The position numbers were made by a program, and so were the translations under genes. Shown here piece by piece: positions 48,991-58,414 of a DNA stretch of 64,000 nt. Source of the stretch: Bacillota bacterium (GTDB lineage: Bacteria > Bacillota > DTU025); assembly GCA_050951805.1 (NCBI GenBank), contig JBMNJT010000008.1:224001-288000 (forward strand), read 5' to 3'. The number at the start of each line of letters is the position of its first letter. Within the stretch, counting starts at the first letter, position 1. The notes below the pieces were generated by a model. That model saw only the letters and a list, made by a program, of their open reading frames with translations. It did not search any database and was not told the origin of the DNA.

Positions 48991-49741
48991 TGAGTTCATC
49001 ATATGGGGACGCCAGCCTGTAATGGAAGCGCTGGAGTCGGATAGAGAGTTCAACAAGATATTTGTCGCTCGAGGCGGACACGATAAGCGAATAGTTGCGG
49101 CGGCGCGGGAGCGGAGAATTCCTGTGGTGGAAGTGGACAAGGCGGCGCTCGATCGAATGACAGCGTCGGAGACGGGTGTTCCAGTAGTTCATCAGGGAGT
49201 TGTGGCGCAGCTTTCGCCAATACTCTATGCAGAGCTTGATGACCTCGCGGCAGCGGCACAAGCGCGCAGAGAGGACTTGTTCGTGGCGGTGCTGGACGGG
49301 ATCACCGATCCGCAGAATCTCGGATCCATTATTCGCACTGCCAATGCAGTGGGCGCACATGGAGTGGTGATACCGGCTAGAAGGAGTTCTCAGGTGAGCC
49401 CTGTTGTGGCGAAAGCCTCTGCCGGCGCAGTTGCTTATACCCCTGTCGCCCGTGTGGGCAACCTCTCACAAGCCATCGACAGGCTTAAGAAGATGGGAGC
49501 CTGGGTTGTTGGCACTGCTGCGGACGGGGATCGTCGCTTTTTTGAGGCAGACCTTACAGGCCCTATAGCAGTCGTTGTTGGCAGCGAGGGAAAGGGCATG
49601 TCGAGACTTGTAGAAGAGTCAGTTGATTTCACAGTCTCAATACCGATGGCGGGTGAGGTGTCTTCCCTTAATGCCGGAGTTGCATGGGCAGTGATAGCGT
49701 TTGAGGTTGCCAGGCAGAGACTCGGGGTCAACAGAGGCTGA
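48983..49741 (+). CDS. rlmB: 23S rRNA (Gm2251) 2'-O-methyltransferase
   Basis: GRQPVMEAL, HQGVVA, DPQNLGSIIRTA, GSEGKG, SLNAGVA. Confidence 0.93.
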   Translation: MDDEFIIWGRQPVMEALESDREFNKIFVARGGHDKRIVAAARERRIPVVEVDKAALDRMTASETGVPVVHQGVVAQLSPILYAELDDLAAAAQARREDLFVAVLDGITDPQNLGSIIRTANAVGAHGVVIPARRSSQVSPVVAKASAGAVAYTPVARVGNLSQAIDRLKKMGAWVVGTAADGDRRFFEADLTGPIAVVVGSEGKGMSRLVEESVDFTVSIPMAGEVSSLNAGVAWAVIAFEVARQRLGVNRG

Positions 49742-49912
49742 GAGCCAGATAGGGCTGTGCTTTGTGGCAAGAGAGGCTGCCTTGATGACGTCTGCTGCAG
49801 ACCGCAGTTGGCACCATCGGCTGTACATGGCAAATGGGGTTGGAATGTGGGTTGAAGGTGGTGATTGCCAAAGATAGCTATTGTATATGTAAGCGGCTAC
49901 CAGGCGCTTTGC

Positions 49913-49942
49913 TTGACTCGTGTGAAGTCGCTGATATATAAT
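49913..49942 (+). promoter_or_regulatory. Sigma-A promoter of sigH
   Basis: TTGACT-N18-TATAAT. Confidence 0.55.
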
Positions 49943-50111
49943 GGCCGTAGTCTTTGGAGCTGGTACAGGCTTAATACCTGCCGAAGTGGGCTTTTCTAAA
50001 CTCTTGTCAAAGTGGCCGGCTTGTTTATTAGCCGGTAGTTGATTGTTCACAGCCAGTCTCGGGTATCAAGATATCCCGTTGCTAAGCTTGTTGTGTCGGG
50101 AGGGGACGCAT

Positions 50112-50756
50112 TTGAGCGTAAACCTGCAATATGAAATCTATTTGCACTATGATGAGCTGGCTGATGAGGAAATCGTAGAATTGGCAAAGCAGGGCGACAG
50201 CGACGCCGAGGAATATCTCATCCACAAGTACAAGAACTTTGTTAGGGCGAAGGCCCGGTCCTATTTTTTGATTGGCGCAGACAGGGAGGACATAATTCAG
50301 GAGGGTATGATAGGCCTTTACAAGGCCATCCGAGACTTCAAGCCTGACAAACTAGCTTCATTTCGTGCTTTTGCCGAACTGTGCATTACTAGACAGATTA
50401 TTACTGCTATTAAGACAGCGACGAGACAGAAACATATTCCACTAAACTCATATGTTTCCCTGAATAAACCGATATATGATGAAGAATCAGATCGTACACT
50501 GTTGGATGTTTTGTCGGGCAACAAGATTACTGACCCGGAAGAACTCGTTATCAGCAGAGAAGAGTTTAACGATATCGAGGACAAGATGGATGAGTTCCTT
50601 AGCGACCTGGAGAGGGACGTGCTCAACGCATACCTTGATGGCAAATCATATCAGGAAATAGCGATCGAACTGAACCGTCATGTAAAGTCTGTTGACAATG
50701 CGCTTCAAAGAGTCAAACGCAAGCTGGAGCGGTACATAAAGAAACGTGATGGATAG
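50112..50756 (+). CDS. sigH: RNA polymerase sigma-H factor
   Basis: KARSYFLIGADREDIIQEGMIGL, TATRQKHIPLNSY, KSVDNALQRVKRKL; TTG start after GGGAGGGG. Confidence 0.96.
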   Translation: MSVNLQYEIYLHYDELADEEIVELAKQGDSDAEEYLIHKYKNFVRAKARSYFLIGADREDIIQEGMIGLYKAIRDFKPDKLASFRAFAELCITRQIITAIKTATRQKHIPLNSYVSLNKPIYDEESDRTLLDVLSGNKITDPEELVISREEFNDIEDKMDEFLSDLERDVLNAYLDGKSYQEIAIELNRHVKSVDNALQRVKRKLERYIKKRDG

Positions 50757-51028
50757 CTGCGATGGGCACTCGCTTAAGCACCCATCTCTCGAGGTAAGTC
50801 TGGAGAGGCGTATGTTGCTCTTAGATTGGCTTTTGTGCCCGTATCATCTATCGATTTTCCTCAGCGCGCTGCGGAACGGGAGGATGCAGGTTCCCCGACC
50901 GCGGCGCGTCTCTCTATCTCTGTTTTGCGAGCCAATGCCATTATCGTCTTGACAATGGCATCGTGTGAATCTCGAAAACTGCCTGCCCACGCAGGCTTAA
51001 CCTGCAGTGATATCCTTGCTTGGGGTGA

Positions 51029-51712
51029 GTGGTTGTGCCCATTCGATTTATACTGTTCGATCTAGACGAGACACTATACCCGGCGTCCAATGGGCTGATG
51101 AACCTCGTGCGCGACAGAATAATCGAGTACATAATGCTTCGCCTCGGTGTCTCTCGGCGGGAGGCCGAGGAATACCGGTTGAGGTATTTTATGGAATACG
51201 GAGCTACCCTGGGAGGGCTATATCACGAACACGGGGTCGACGTGCGAGACTACATGGAATTCGTGCACGATGTGCCTCATTCTGACCACATAGATCCCAA
51301 TCCGGAACTGGATGCAATGTTAAGCCGGCTGAGCCCGGCAAAGGTCATATTCACCAATGCAGACCGCAGCCATGCTCAGAGGGTCCTTTCAGCCCTCAGA
51401 GTAACCCCCGGGCATTTTAACTGCATATTCGATTACGAGGCGGCGGGTTGCTGTCCAAAGCCTGAACTCGAAGCATATAGACGGATCCTTGACTATCTGG
51501 ACGCCGAGGGAGCCGAGTGCATCCTTGTTGAGGACAATTTGCGGAACCTGGCCCCTGCCAAGAGAGTGTTTGGAATCCACACCGTTCTGGTGGATTCAGA
51601 TGGCACCAGGCGGATTAGGGGCGGCCCGGAATATGCAGCCGATTGGGTTATCCGCGACATACTGGAGCTGGAAGGGCTGCTGGAGCAGGTGTATGGGCGA
51701 GCCGGGCGTTGA
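51029..51712 (+). CDS. HAD-family hydrolase (pyrimidine 5'-nucleotidase-like)
   Basis: FDLDETLY, YGATL.GL, FTNA, PKP, EDN..NL. Confidence 0.88.
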   Translation: MVVPIRFILFDLDETLYPASNGLMNLVRDRIIEYIMLRLGVSRREAEEYRLRYFMEYGATLGGLYHEHGVDVRDYMEFVHDVPHSDHIDPNPELDAMLSRLSPAKVIFTNADRSHAQRVLSALRVTPGHFNCIFDYEAAGCCPKPELEAYRRILDYLDAEGAECILVEDNLRNLAPAKRVFGIHTVLVDSDGTRRIRGGPEYAADWVIRDILELEGLLEQVYGRAGR

Positions 51713-52005
51713 TTGGTGGGTCAGCGGGGCGGGTTTGACCTCATGCTGACCCAAACCTCTTTCAGGGCGGTGGCTCTTGTAGATGGGCGTATAATTGGCG
51801 CTGCTTTTACATCACCTTTCGTATGATGCGCTCAAGGGCGAGGTAACCCCGAGATTTCGACCGATGGGTGGGTCAGTCGGCTGGCGAACCCGCGATTAGC
51901 GGTTTCCGTTGGCCGCCGAATGATCCGGGTACACCCGATGAGCACATGGCGTGGGCAAGGCGTTCGCTTCTGATTCATGCCGTGCCCATTCCATCTTGTG
52001 GCCCC

Positions 52006-53346
52006 CTAACTTCCTTTAGCCGCTATTCCAAGAGACCGGAACAAGAACGCAGGGGCGGAGTACTGTCCATAGGCCCACTCTGCGCGGTCGCTTATAGCAA
52101 CTATGTCGTTAAGTGCTTTTATGGTGTTGCCGGCGACCATCGTGTCCTTTACGCGGCCCATTATCTTGCCATGTTCTACCTTGAAACCTAGGTGCACGTT
52201 GACAGAGAAATCTCCTGTCAGAACGTTGCCCTGTCCGGCCCCCATTACCTGGTCGACTATGATTCCTTCATCCATCGACGCGATCATGTCTTCAAGGCTC
52301 TCGGTGCCCGGGGTGATCAGCGGATTGCTCGTGCCTGGAGTCGGCTGCCCCTCGAAGTAGTCGCCGGCGTGGGCTTGTCTGACGCCATTTCCCGTGCTAG
52401 AAGTGCCTGCCTTGCCCGCGGTTTGAAGATCGTAGTAATGGCCTTTGACGACACCTGCCTCGATCAGGGGTGTTTTGCGCGACTTTACGCCCTCGGCATC
52501 CATTGGGCAGCTTCCGAGGGCGCAGTCGACAGTTGCGTCATCATATACAAAAACCCTTGGGTCGAACACCTGGCGGCCTACTTTGTCTGCCAACGGTGAT
52601 GAACCTTCAAGAACCGTCTTTCCGTTAAGGGCTGACTGCAAGGCGATGAAAAGCGGCATGATGCCGCGGGCCGTGAAGAGTACCGGCATGCGGCCTGTTC
52701 GTGCTTGGGCGATAGTGCGCCCCAACCTCACGCGCTCTAGCACGTCCTGAGCTATGGAGCGGGAGTCGAAGTTGCTGCAGCATGAACCGGCCATGGAGTA
52801 TATCAAGAAGATGTCGGTTCCTTCTACCAACAGGGCATCGGCCATGGCAGTCAGAGTAGTCTTGCGGTAGCGCCCTCCTCCTCCGTTCGAGTTGGTGATC
52901 GTGACTTCTTGAACCTCTCTTTCAAGCTGAACACCGCACTTGATGGAGGGGTCTTCTTCTGTGATGATATCGACGATTTCTTGGCCCATACGGATGAGTT
53001 CATCGGCGTCGATGTCTGCGATTCTGTCATCGTAAATGAGTGGCGCAGGCATTACTTCTCCGTCGGTGATCGGGCCTGGAAAGTCGAACCTCGCTGTTTC
53101 ACCCATATCTGCGGATTCCGTTGCCATGTTGACAAGATTGTCGGCAGCGGCTTTGCTAAGGTCTGTTGAGGAGGAGAAGCCTATCTTGCCAGAACGGATG
53201 ATCCGCAGAGCCACTCCAGTAGTCCTCTTCGTTTCGGCCTGCTTGAGCTTGCTCATCTCGAAGACCACGGGGATGGTCTCACTATTGACAAGGTAGAGCT
53301 CAGCTGCGTCTGCATTCTTGATCGCCACATCGAGCAAGTCTTTCAT
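52006..53346 (-). CDS. pmbA: PmbA/TldE family protein
   Basis: DAEGVKS, TGNG, GDFS, MVAGN; lacks HExxxH; downstream of tldD. Confidence 0.88.
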   Translation of the reverse strand: MKDLLDVAIKNADAAELYLVNSETIPVVFEMSKLKQAETKRTTGVALRIIRSGKIGFSSSTDLSKAAADNLVNMATESADMGETARFDFPGPITDGEVMPAPLIYDDRIADIDADELIRMGQEIVDIITEEDPSIKCGVQLEREVQEVTITNSNGGGGRYRKTTLTAMADALLVEGTDIFLIYSMAGSCCSNFDSRSIAQDVLERVRLGRTIAQARTGRMPVLFTARGIMPLFIALQSALNGKTVLEGSSPLADKVGRQVFDPRVFVYDDATVDCALGSCPMDAEGVKSRKTPLIEAGVVKGHYYDLQTAGKAGTSSTGNGVRQAHAGDYFEGQPTPGTSNPLITPGTESLEDMIASMDEGIIVDQVMGAGQGNVLTGDFSVNVHLGFKVEHGKIMGRVKDTMVAGNTIKALNDIVAISDRAEWAYGQYSAPAFLFRSLGIAAKGS

Positions 53347-53348
53347 GG

Positions 53349-54722
53349 CTAATTTCCTCCCACAACGACATTTTTGATCCGTATATGCGGGCTGCCATCT
53401 GAGACAGGCAATGGGAATTGTTGGCCCTTGCCGCACCCTCCGACACCGCCATCATTCATCTTGCGGTCGTTGCCGATGGCGTCTATGTGCATCAATGTTT
53501 CAAAGACATTGCCTGTGAGAACCACGTTGCGGACTCTTTCCGCCACTTTCCCTTTGCGGATCATGAAGGCTTCCATTGCGCTGAATGTAAACATCTCCAT
53601 AGTTGTCTCTCCGCCATAGGCATCGATGGCGTAGATCCCCTTGTCGATATCGGAGATCATTTCGTCGAAGCTTGTCTCTCCGTTTTCGATGTAAGTGTTG
53701 GTCATCCGCACTATAGGTTGGAATCTGTAGTTTATGGCGCGAGCGTTTCCAGTGGGGCGTTCGCTCATCTTCGCGGCCGTTCCCCGGGAATGCAGTCTGC
53801 CGACGAGCACTCCGTCTCTTATGAGGGGAGTAACCGAGGAACGAACGCCCTCGTCGTCGTATTTGTATGATCCTCTATGGCCGGGAACGGCGGCGCCGTC
53901 TGCAATGTTGAGGATCGGGGAGCCAAACTGCTTCCCCAGAACCATGATTTCGCGGAGCATACTATTCTCATAGATGAAGTCAGATTCGCTTAGATGTCCG
54001 AAGGCCTCGTGCACGAAAACGCCTGCTAGGCCGGGGTCGAGTACCACAGTATACTGGCCCGCATCCACAGGTGCTGCGCTGAGGTTTTCAACTGCACGTC
54101 TGGCGCACTCTCTGACTTCGTCGTGGTGCCCTTTAATACATTGGTAACCGTCGATTCCTCCGGCGGAGACCAGCATCTGTTGCACATTGTCGCCCTCCCG
54201 TGCGATGGCGGTGAAGCTGGCTCCGACGTCGCAATGCTCTTGCTCGATGTATGTACACTCGGAGTTGGCGAAGTACTTCTTTGAGTAAGTGTCTCTGTAT
54301 CTGACTGCAGTTGTTTGAATCTTGGGACTGTAGCTCAACATAATGTCGTTGTATTCCTCAAGCAGTGCTCGCTTGCTTGCAAGGCTGATTGATCTGGGGT
54401 CAACGACTAATGCCGGCACTACCGTGTCGGTTATGGGTTCTACTGGGGCAAGGAGATTGTCGCCGCACACGCGCGATACCAGTTTTGCTTGACTTACTGC
54501 CAGCGCCACGTGGTCTTTGAGGTTGGCGATGTCGTTGAAGGAGACGAATCCCCAACCGCCGGATACCAAGGCGCGAACGCAGCCTCCTACTGAGCGGGAC
54601 GTGGCCAATTCATCTACGTTCTTGCCACGAAGCGATATCTTGGTCCGTTCATGGTCTTCGATTCTAATTTCCACATAGTCCGCTCGATGCGATTTTAACG
54701 CATCCTTGATCAGGTTCTGCAA
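53349..54722 (-). CDS. tldD: TldD family metalloprotease
   Basis: VHEAFGHLSE, DDEG, TGNAR, PIVRMTNT, GGCGKGQ...GSPH; TTG start after AGGAGG. Confidence 0.92.
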   Translation of the reverse strand: MQNLIKDALKSHRADYVEIRIEDHERTKISLRGKNVDELATSRSVGGCVRALVSGGWGFVSFNDIANLKDHVALAVSQAKLVSRVCGDNLLAPVEPITDTVVPALVVDPRSISLASKRALLEEYNDIMLSYSPKIQTTAVRYRDTYSKKYFANSECTYIEQEHCDVGASFTAIAREGDNVQQMLVSAGGIDGYQCIKGHHDEVRECARRAVENLSAAPVDAGQYTVVLDPGLAGVFVHEAFGHLSESDFIYENSMLREIMVLGKQFGSPILNIADGAAVPGHRGSYKYDDEGVRSSVTPLIRDGVLVGRLHSRGTAAKMSERPTGNARAINYRFQPIVRMTNTYIENGETSFDEMISDIDKGIYAIDAYGGETTMEMFTFSAMEAFMIRKGKVAERVRNVVLTGNVFETLMHIDAIGNDRKMNDGGVGGCGKGQQFPLPVSDGSPHIRIKNVVVGGN

Positions 54723-54907
54723 GATCTTGTGCCTCCTTTTTGGGCTGAGCTTTTTGCCTGGTTTGCGGGAGATATGTTTGGATGGGAATGTCGCGCTTTG
54801 CTTTGGGAGCATGTGCAGAACTTAAACATTGAGCTTGATTATCCTTCAGTAGTGTGGCGACCCATATGCCCTGTCCGAACTTGCGGTTGGCAATCGAACA
54901 GATGTGG

Positions 54908-55498
54908 CTAAGTGACTCCCAATAAGTTTTTGCGTTATCGGTTAGCCTGCCATATGATGTCTGCTAGGCGTAAACACGTCTTTGCACCTATGTCGCAGTG
55001 CGGTAATTGGTTCGCATTTGTGCATCGACAACGTACACATATTGGCATTAACCATAAACGCCCGCAGCACTCAGCCGTGCCGGGATATGATCCTCGGGGC
55101 AAAGCCAGGGTAGATCGAAATCCCGGTTCGACGCTCGCGGGCAACCATCTTCTTTACAACGACGAAAGCGATGCGCATAAGGTCCGTGTGAGCGCCCCGG
55201 CAGTTTATGCATTCAACGCACTCATATGAAAGGGCAACTTGGGCCTGCCTTCAAGGAATGTGTCTATTATTTAGTCGCTTTTCGGGCGCGGCGCTGCCGT
55301 CTACGCGCTGCGTCGCTGGCTACGGACTGGTCTGCAAAACCTGCTCGCCCCTGCGGCGAACCTTGGCCGGCTCCACGCCGCACGGCGCTTTCCTAGGCTT
55401 CTACCCGAGGCCAAACTCTTAGCAGTCCCCCGGCTAAGTCCCAAACCGCGGCAATACAAACTCGAGGGGCGCGCAGAGATTTGTTGCGGTCTACTTAG
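54908..55498. mobile_element. Non-autonomous IS630-like MITE, copy 2 (591 bp)
   Basis: Left end CTAAGTGACTCCCAATAAGT; right end reverse complement CTAAGTAGACCGCAACAAAT; TA on both sides, empty site GGCTAGAT; homologous to 29043-29842. Confidence 0.7.
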
Positions 55499-55744
55499 AT
55501 GACTGGGAGTAACGAAATTGGCCGGGGCGAAGAGCGATTCAGCTTGAAGCTGGCCTCGGTAGAGTAAGTTGTTGATGCGAAGTCGGATGGGGCTGGTTAT
55601 CCCTTCAGCGGGAGGGCAAAGCTTTTGCTAGATGCCGCCAACCATCAAATGGGACCGCACACATTGGTAGTTGGGGGCCTCCTGCAGGCTATGAGGGGGT
55701 AAGGGGAGAATATGCTAGTGAAAGCAGCGTTCCGGAGGGAGATT

Positions 55745-57274
55745 ATGATGGTTAAGTCAGACAAACGTCGACACAAAGGCCAGGATGACTTCGGGTCGAA
55801 CCGAAGATCTCGGGCGCCTTTGGATGGGCGTCGGCAACTCAAGAAAGGACTACGGGGCGATTCCTCTGTAAGCGAGGCAGAAGTTGATTGTTATGCACCA
55901 GTCGGGCCCGGACAGCAACTGGCTTTGACCATACATGGACTGACAAGTGAAGGCGAGGGTGTGGGACGCGCCAATAGTTTTGCGGTTTTCGTCCCTGGAG
56001 CTCTTGTTGGCGAGGAGATCGTGTGCACTGTGGAGACTGTGAAGAAGAACTTTGCCCGCGCCAAGCTTGACAGGGTAATTGTTCCTTCAGAGGAACGCGT
56101 TGAGGCAGTGTGCGATCTGTACCCGGCCTGTGGCGGGTGTCAGCTGCTTCACCTGAGCTATGAAGGACAGCTGGCCGCGAAGAGGCAGAGGGTTGTGGAT
56201 GCCGTTGCCAGAATTGGTGGGCTGGAGGAAGTAACGGTCCATCAGGTAATCGGCATGGTTGAGCCGTGGCGGTACAGAAACAAAGTGCAGTATCCTGTGG
56301 GGTGTTGTGGTGATCAATTGGTGACGGGCTGTTACATGAGCGGAAGCCACGAGGTTGTGCCCACCGAGGATTGCTATATACAGCACCCGGTGACCATGGG
56401 AGTAGTCGCGACTGTGCGTAGGCTTGCCGGAGAGTTCGGGCTTTCTGTGTATGAGGAAAAGTCGCATCGGGGGTTCTTCCGCCATGTGCTAGTCAAGTAT
56501 GCCTACGGTACTGGCGAGGTAATGGTGGTGCTGGTAACCAATGGGGTTGGTTTCCCCGGAGGCCGAGGCGCCGAGTTCGGCAGCAGGATCGCTGCTGGGC
56601 ATCGTGAGGTGAAGAGCGTAATACAGAACGTGAACATATCTCGTGGGAGCGCGGTGCTTGGAAGAGATAACGTAGTCCTGTGGGGAGAGGAGACTATAAC
56701 TGACACCGTCGAAGATCTGGCTTTCCGTATATCGGCAACGTCGTTTTACCAAGTAAATCCCGTCCAGACTGTTACACTCTACAGAAAAGCTCTTGAATAT
56801 GCCGGGCTCAATGGTACAGAGCGGGTGCTCGATGCATACTGCGGTGTTGGGACGCTTAGCCTGTTCTTGGCACGCGCAGCACGAGAGGTGTATGGGATAG
56901 AGTCAGTGGGAGCGGCTGTGCGTGATGCCAGGGCTAATGCAGATCTGAATGGAGCAGATAATGTCCGGTTCATTGTCGGCCGAGTTGAGGATGTGCTTCC
57001 AAGGCTTGTGAGAGAGGGGCTGGCTTTTGATGTGGCAGTAGTGGATCCTCCAAGGTCGGGGTGTGATCCGGCGGTTCTGCAGGCATTGGCAGGAAAGGGG
57101 AGCGGCGGAGCAGGGGTAGGTAGAATCGTCTATGTGAGCTGCAACCCGGCTACCATGGCTAGGGATCTCAAGATTATGGGTGGACTGGGGTATACGACTT
57201 GCGAAATTCAGCCCGTGGATATGTTCCCTCATACATTCCACGTTGAGACGGTGGTATTGATGTCAAGACTGTAA
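55745..57274 (+). CDS. rlmD: 23S rRNA (uracil-1939-C5)-methyltransferase RlmD/RumA
   Basis: TRAM domain, C..Y..CGGC, SFYQVN, DAYCGVG, VDPPRSG, YVSCNPAT.ARD, DMFPHT.HVE. Confidence 0.95.
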   Translation: MMVKSDKRRHKGQDDFGSNRRSRAPLDGRRQLKKGLRGDSSVSEAEVDCYAPVGPGQQLALTIHGLTSEGEGVGRANSFAVFVPGALVGEEIVCTVETVKKNFARAKLDRVIVPSEERVEAVCDLYPACGGCQLLHLSYEGQLAAKRQRVVDAVARIGGLEEVTVHQVIGMVEPWRYRNKVQYPVGCCGDQLVTGCYMSGSHEVVPTEDCYIQHPVTMGVVATVRRLAGEFGLSVYEEKSHRGFFRHVLVKYAYGTGEVMVVLVTNGVGFPGGRGAEFGSRIAAGHREVKSVIQNVNISRGSAVLGRDNVVLWGEETITDTVEDLAFRISATSFYQVNPVQTVTLYRKALEYAGLNGTERVLDAYCGVGTLSLFLARAAREVYGIESVGAAVRDARANADLNGADNVRFIVGRVEDVLPRLVREGLAFDVAVVDPPRSGCDPAVLQALAGKGSGGAGVGRIVYVSCNPATMARDLKIMGGLGYTTCEIQPVDMFPHTFHVETVVLMSRL

Positions 57275-57691
57275 GCCTAGATTTTACTGGGTTTGCGGGA
57301 TTACATCTAAGTTATCTACTCGACCTAAGGAGGTAAAATGAGTACATGGTAACATGTCGATGGTATATTTTTATGCGAAAAATAAGCCTGAAATTAGATA
57401 GGGTTGAGTTGATAGTTTAGATAACGGGCATTTTTCATAGGGTTGAGGAGACAGGATGGATATATCATCCAATACGTGTTATCGGTATTTTTAGTTTCTA
57501 TATGTGGCTTTCCATAAAAAAATAAAAAACCTCTTACGAAATGGGATTATCGCTCTACATGGAAAATCAATACCGCAATTTATCAATAGATAGGTATATC
57601 CTGCAAATAATATTGCGATCACAATAAAAAATACTGAAATTGCATAATAGTAAGTGTATGCTATAAATATAGGACGATGGAGGTGAAATAC

Positions 57692-57919
57692 GTGCCGGTA
57701 AGCTACAAAAAGCTGTGGAAACTGTTGATCGATAAAGACATGAAGAAAAAAGACCTTTGTAAAGCAGCAGGCATAAGTTCATCGTCTATAGTTAAGCTCA
57801 GCAAAAATGAGAATGTGACTACCGGAGTACTGGTCAAGATTTGCAAGGCGCTTAACTGTGATATCGGAGATATCATGGAAATTGTTGATGGGCCGGATGA
57901 ACAGCGCGACTGCAGGTAA
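57692..57919 (+). CDS. Cro/C1-type (Xre) HTH transcriptional regulator
   Basis: VSYKKLWKLLIDKDMKKKDL...KICKALNCDIGDIME; GTG start after GGAGGTGA. Confidence 0.88.
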   Translation: MPVSYKKLWKLLIDKDMKKKDLCKAAGISSSSIVKLSKNENVTTGVLVKICKALNCDIGDIMEIVDGPDEQRDCR

Positions 57920-57956
57920 GATAGCGTGACTAGAATAGAAAGAGAGTGGGGTTTGC

Positions 57957-58400
57957 TTGGGTACGTTAATAAAGAGTTCTCAATTCAGTAAAAAAATGCT
58001 TGAGAAAACAAATACACCGATTATACTTTGCTCTTCTGCGCCAAGATTGAAAAAGATTATTGCCGAAGCTGGTTATCAAGAGCTCAGACTTAATGGATTA
58101 TTGGCTGAAGCCCTTGTAAAAAAAGATGCAGCTATCAGGCCGCAGTTTGTTAGCGATGAAGCGATAAGAATTGTATCGTCCATACAAGGCCCGATTTTTC
58201 TGACAGACTACGAAATGCTGTTTGACCCGAGGTACAGCATTGATGTTATCAGATTTTTTTATGAGCTGTCACGCAGAGCAAAAATTGTTATAAAGTGGTG
58301 CGGCACGTTGGACGATAACCACTTGGTATATGCAACACCGGCTTATAGGGATTTTCATTCATATAACATTCATGACTATGATATAACTTGTGTAATCTGA
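57957..58400 (+). CDS. brxF: BREX type 3 protein BrxF
   Basis: LTDYEMLFDP...DVIRFF..LSR...IVIKWCG...HLVYATP.YRDF; immediately upstream of the DUF6079 ATPase. Confidence 0.8.
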   Translation: MGTLIKSSQFSKKMLEKTNTPIILCSSAPRLKKIIAEAGYQELRLNGLLAEALVKKDAAIRPQFVSDEAIRIVSSIQGPIFLTDYEMLFDPRYSIDVIRFFYELSRRAKIVIKWCGTLDDNHLVYATPAYRDFHSYNIHDYDITCVI

Positions 58401-58414
58401 GGGGGTTTATTTTG

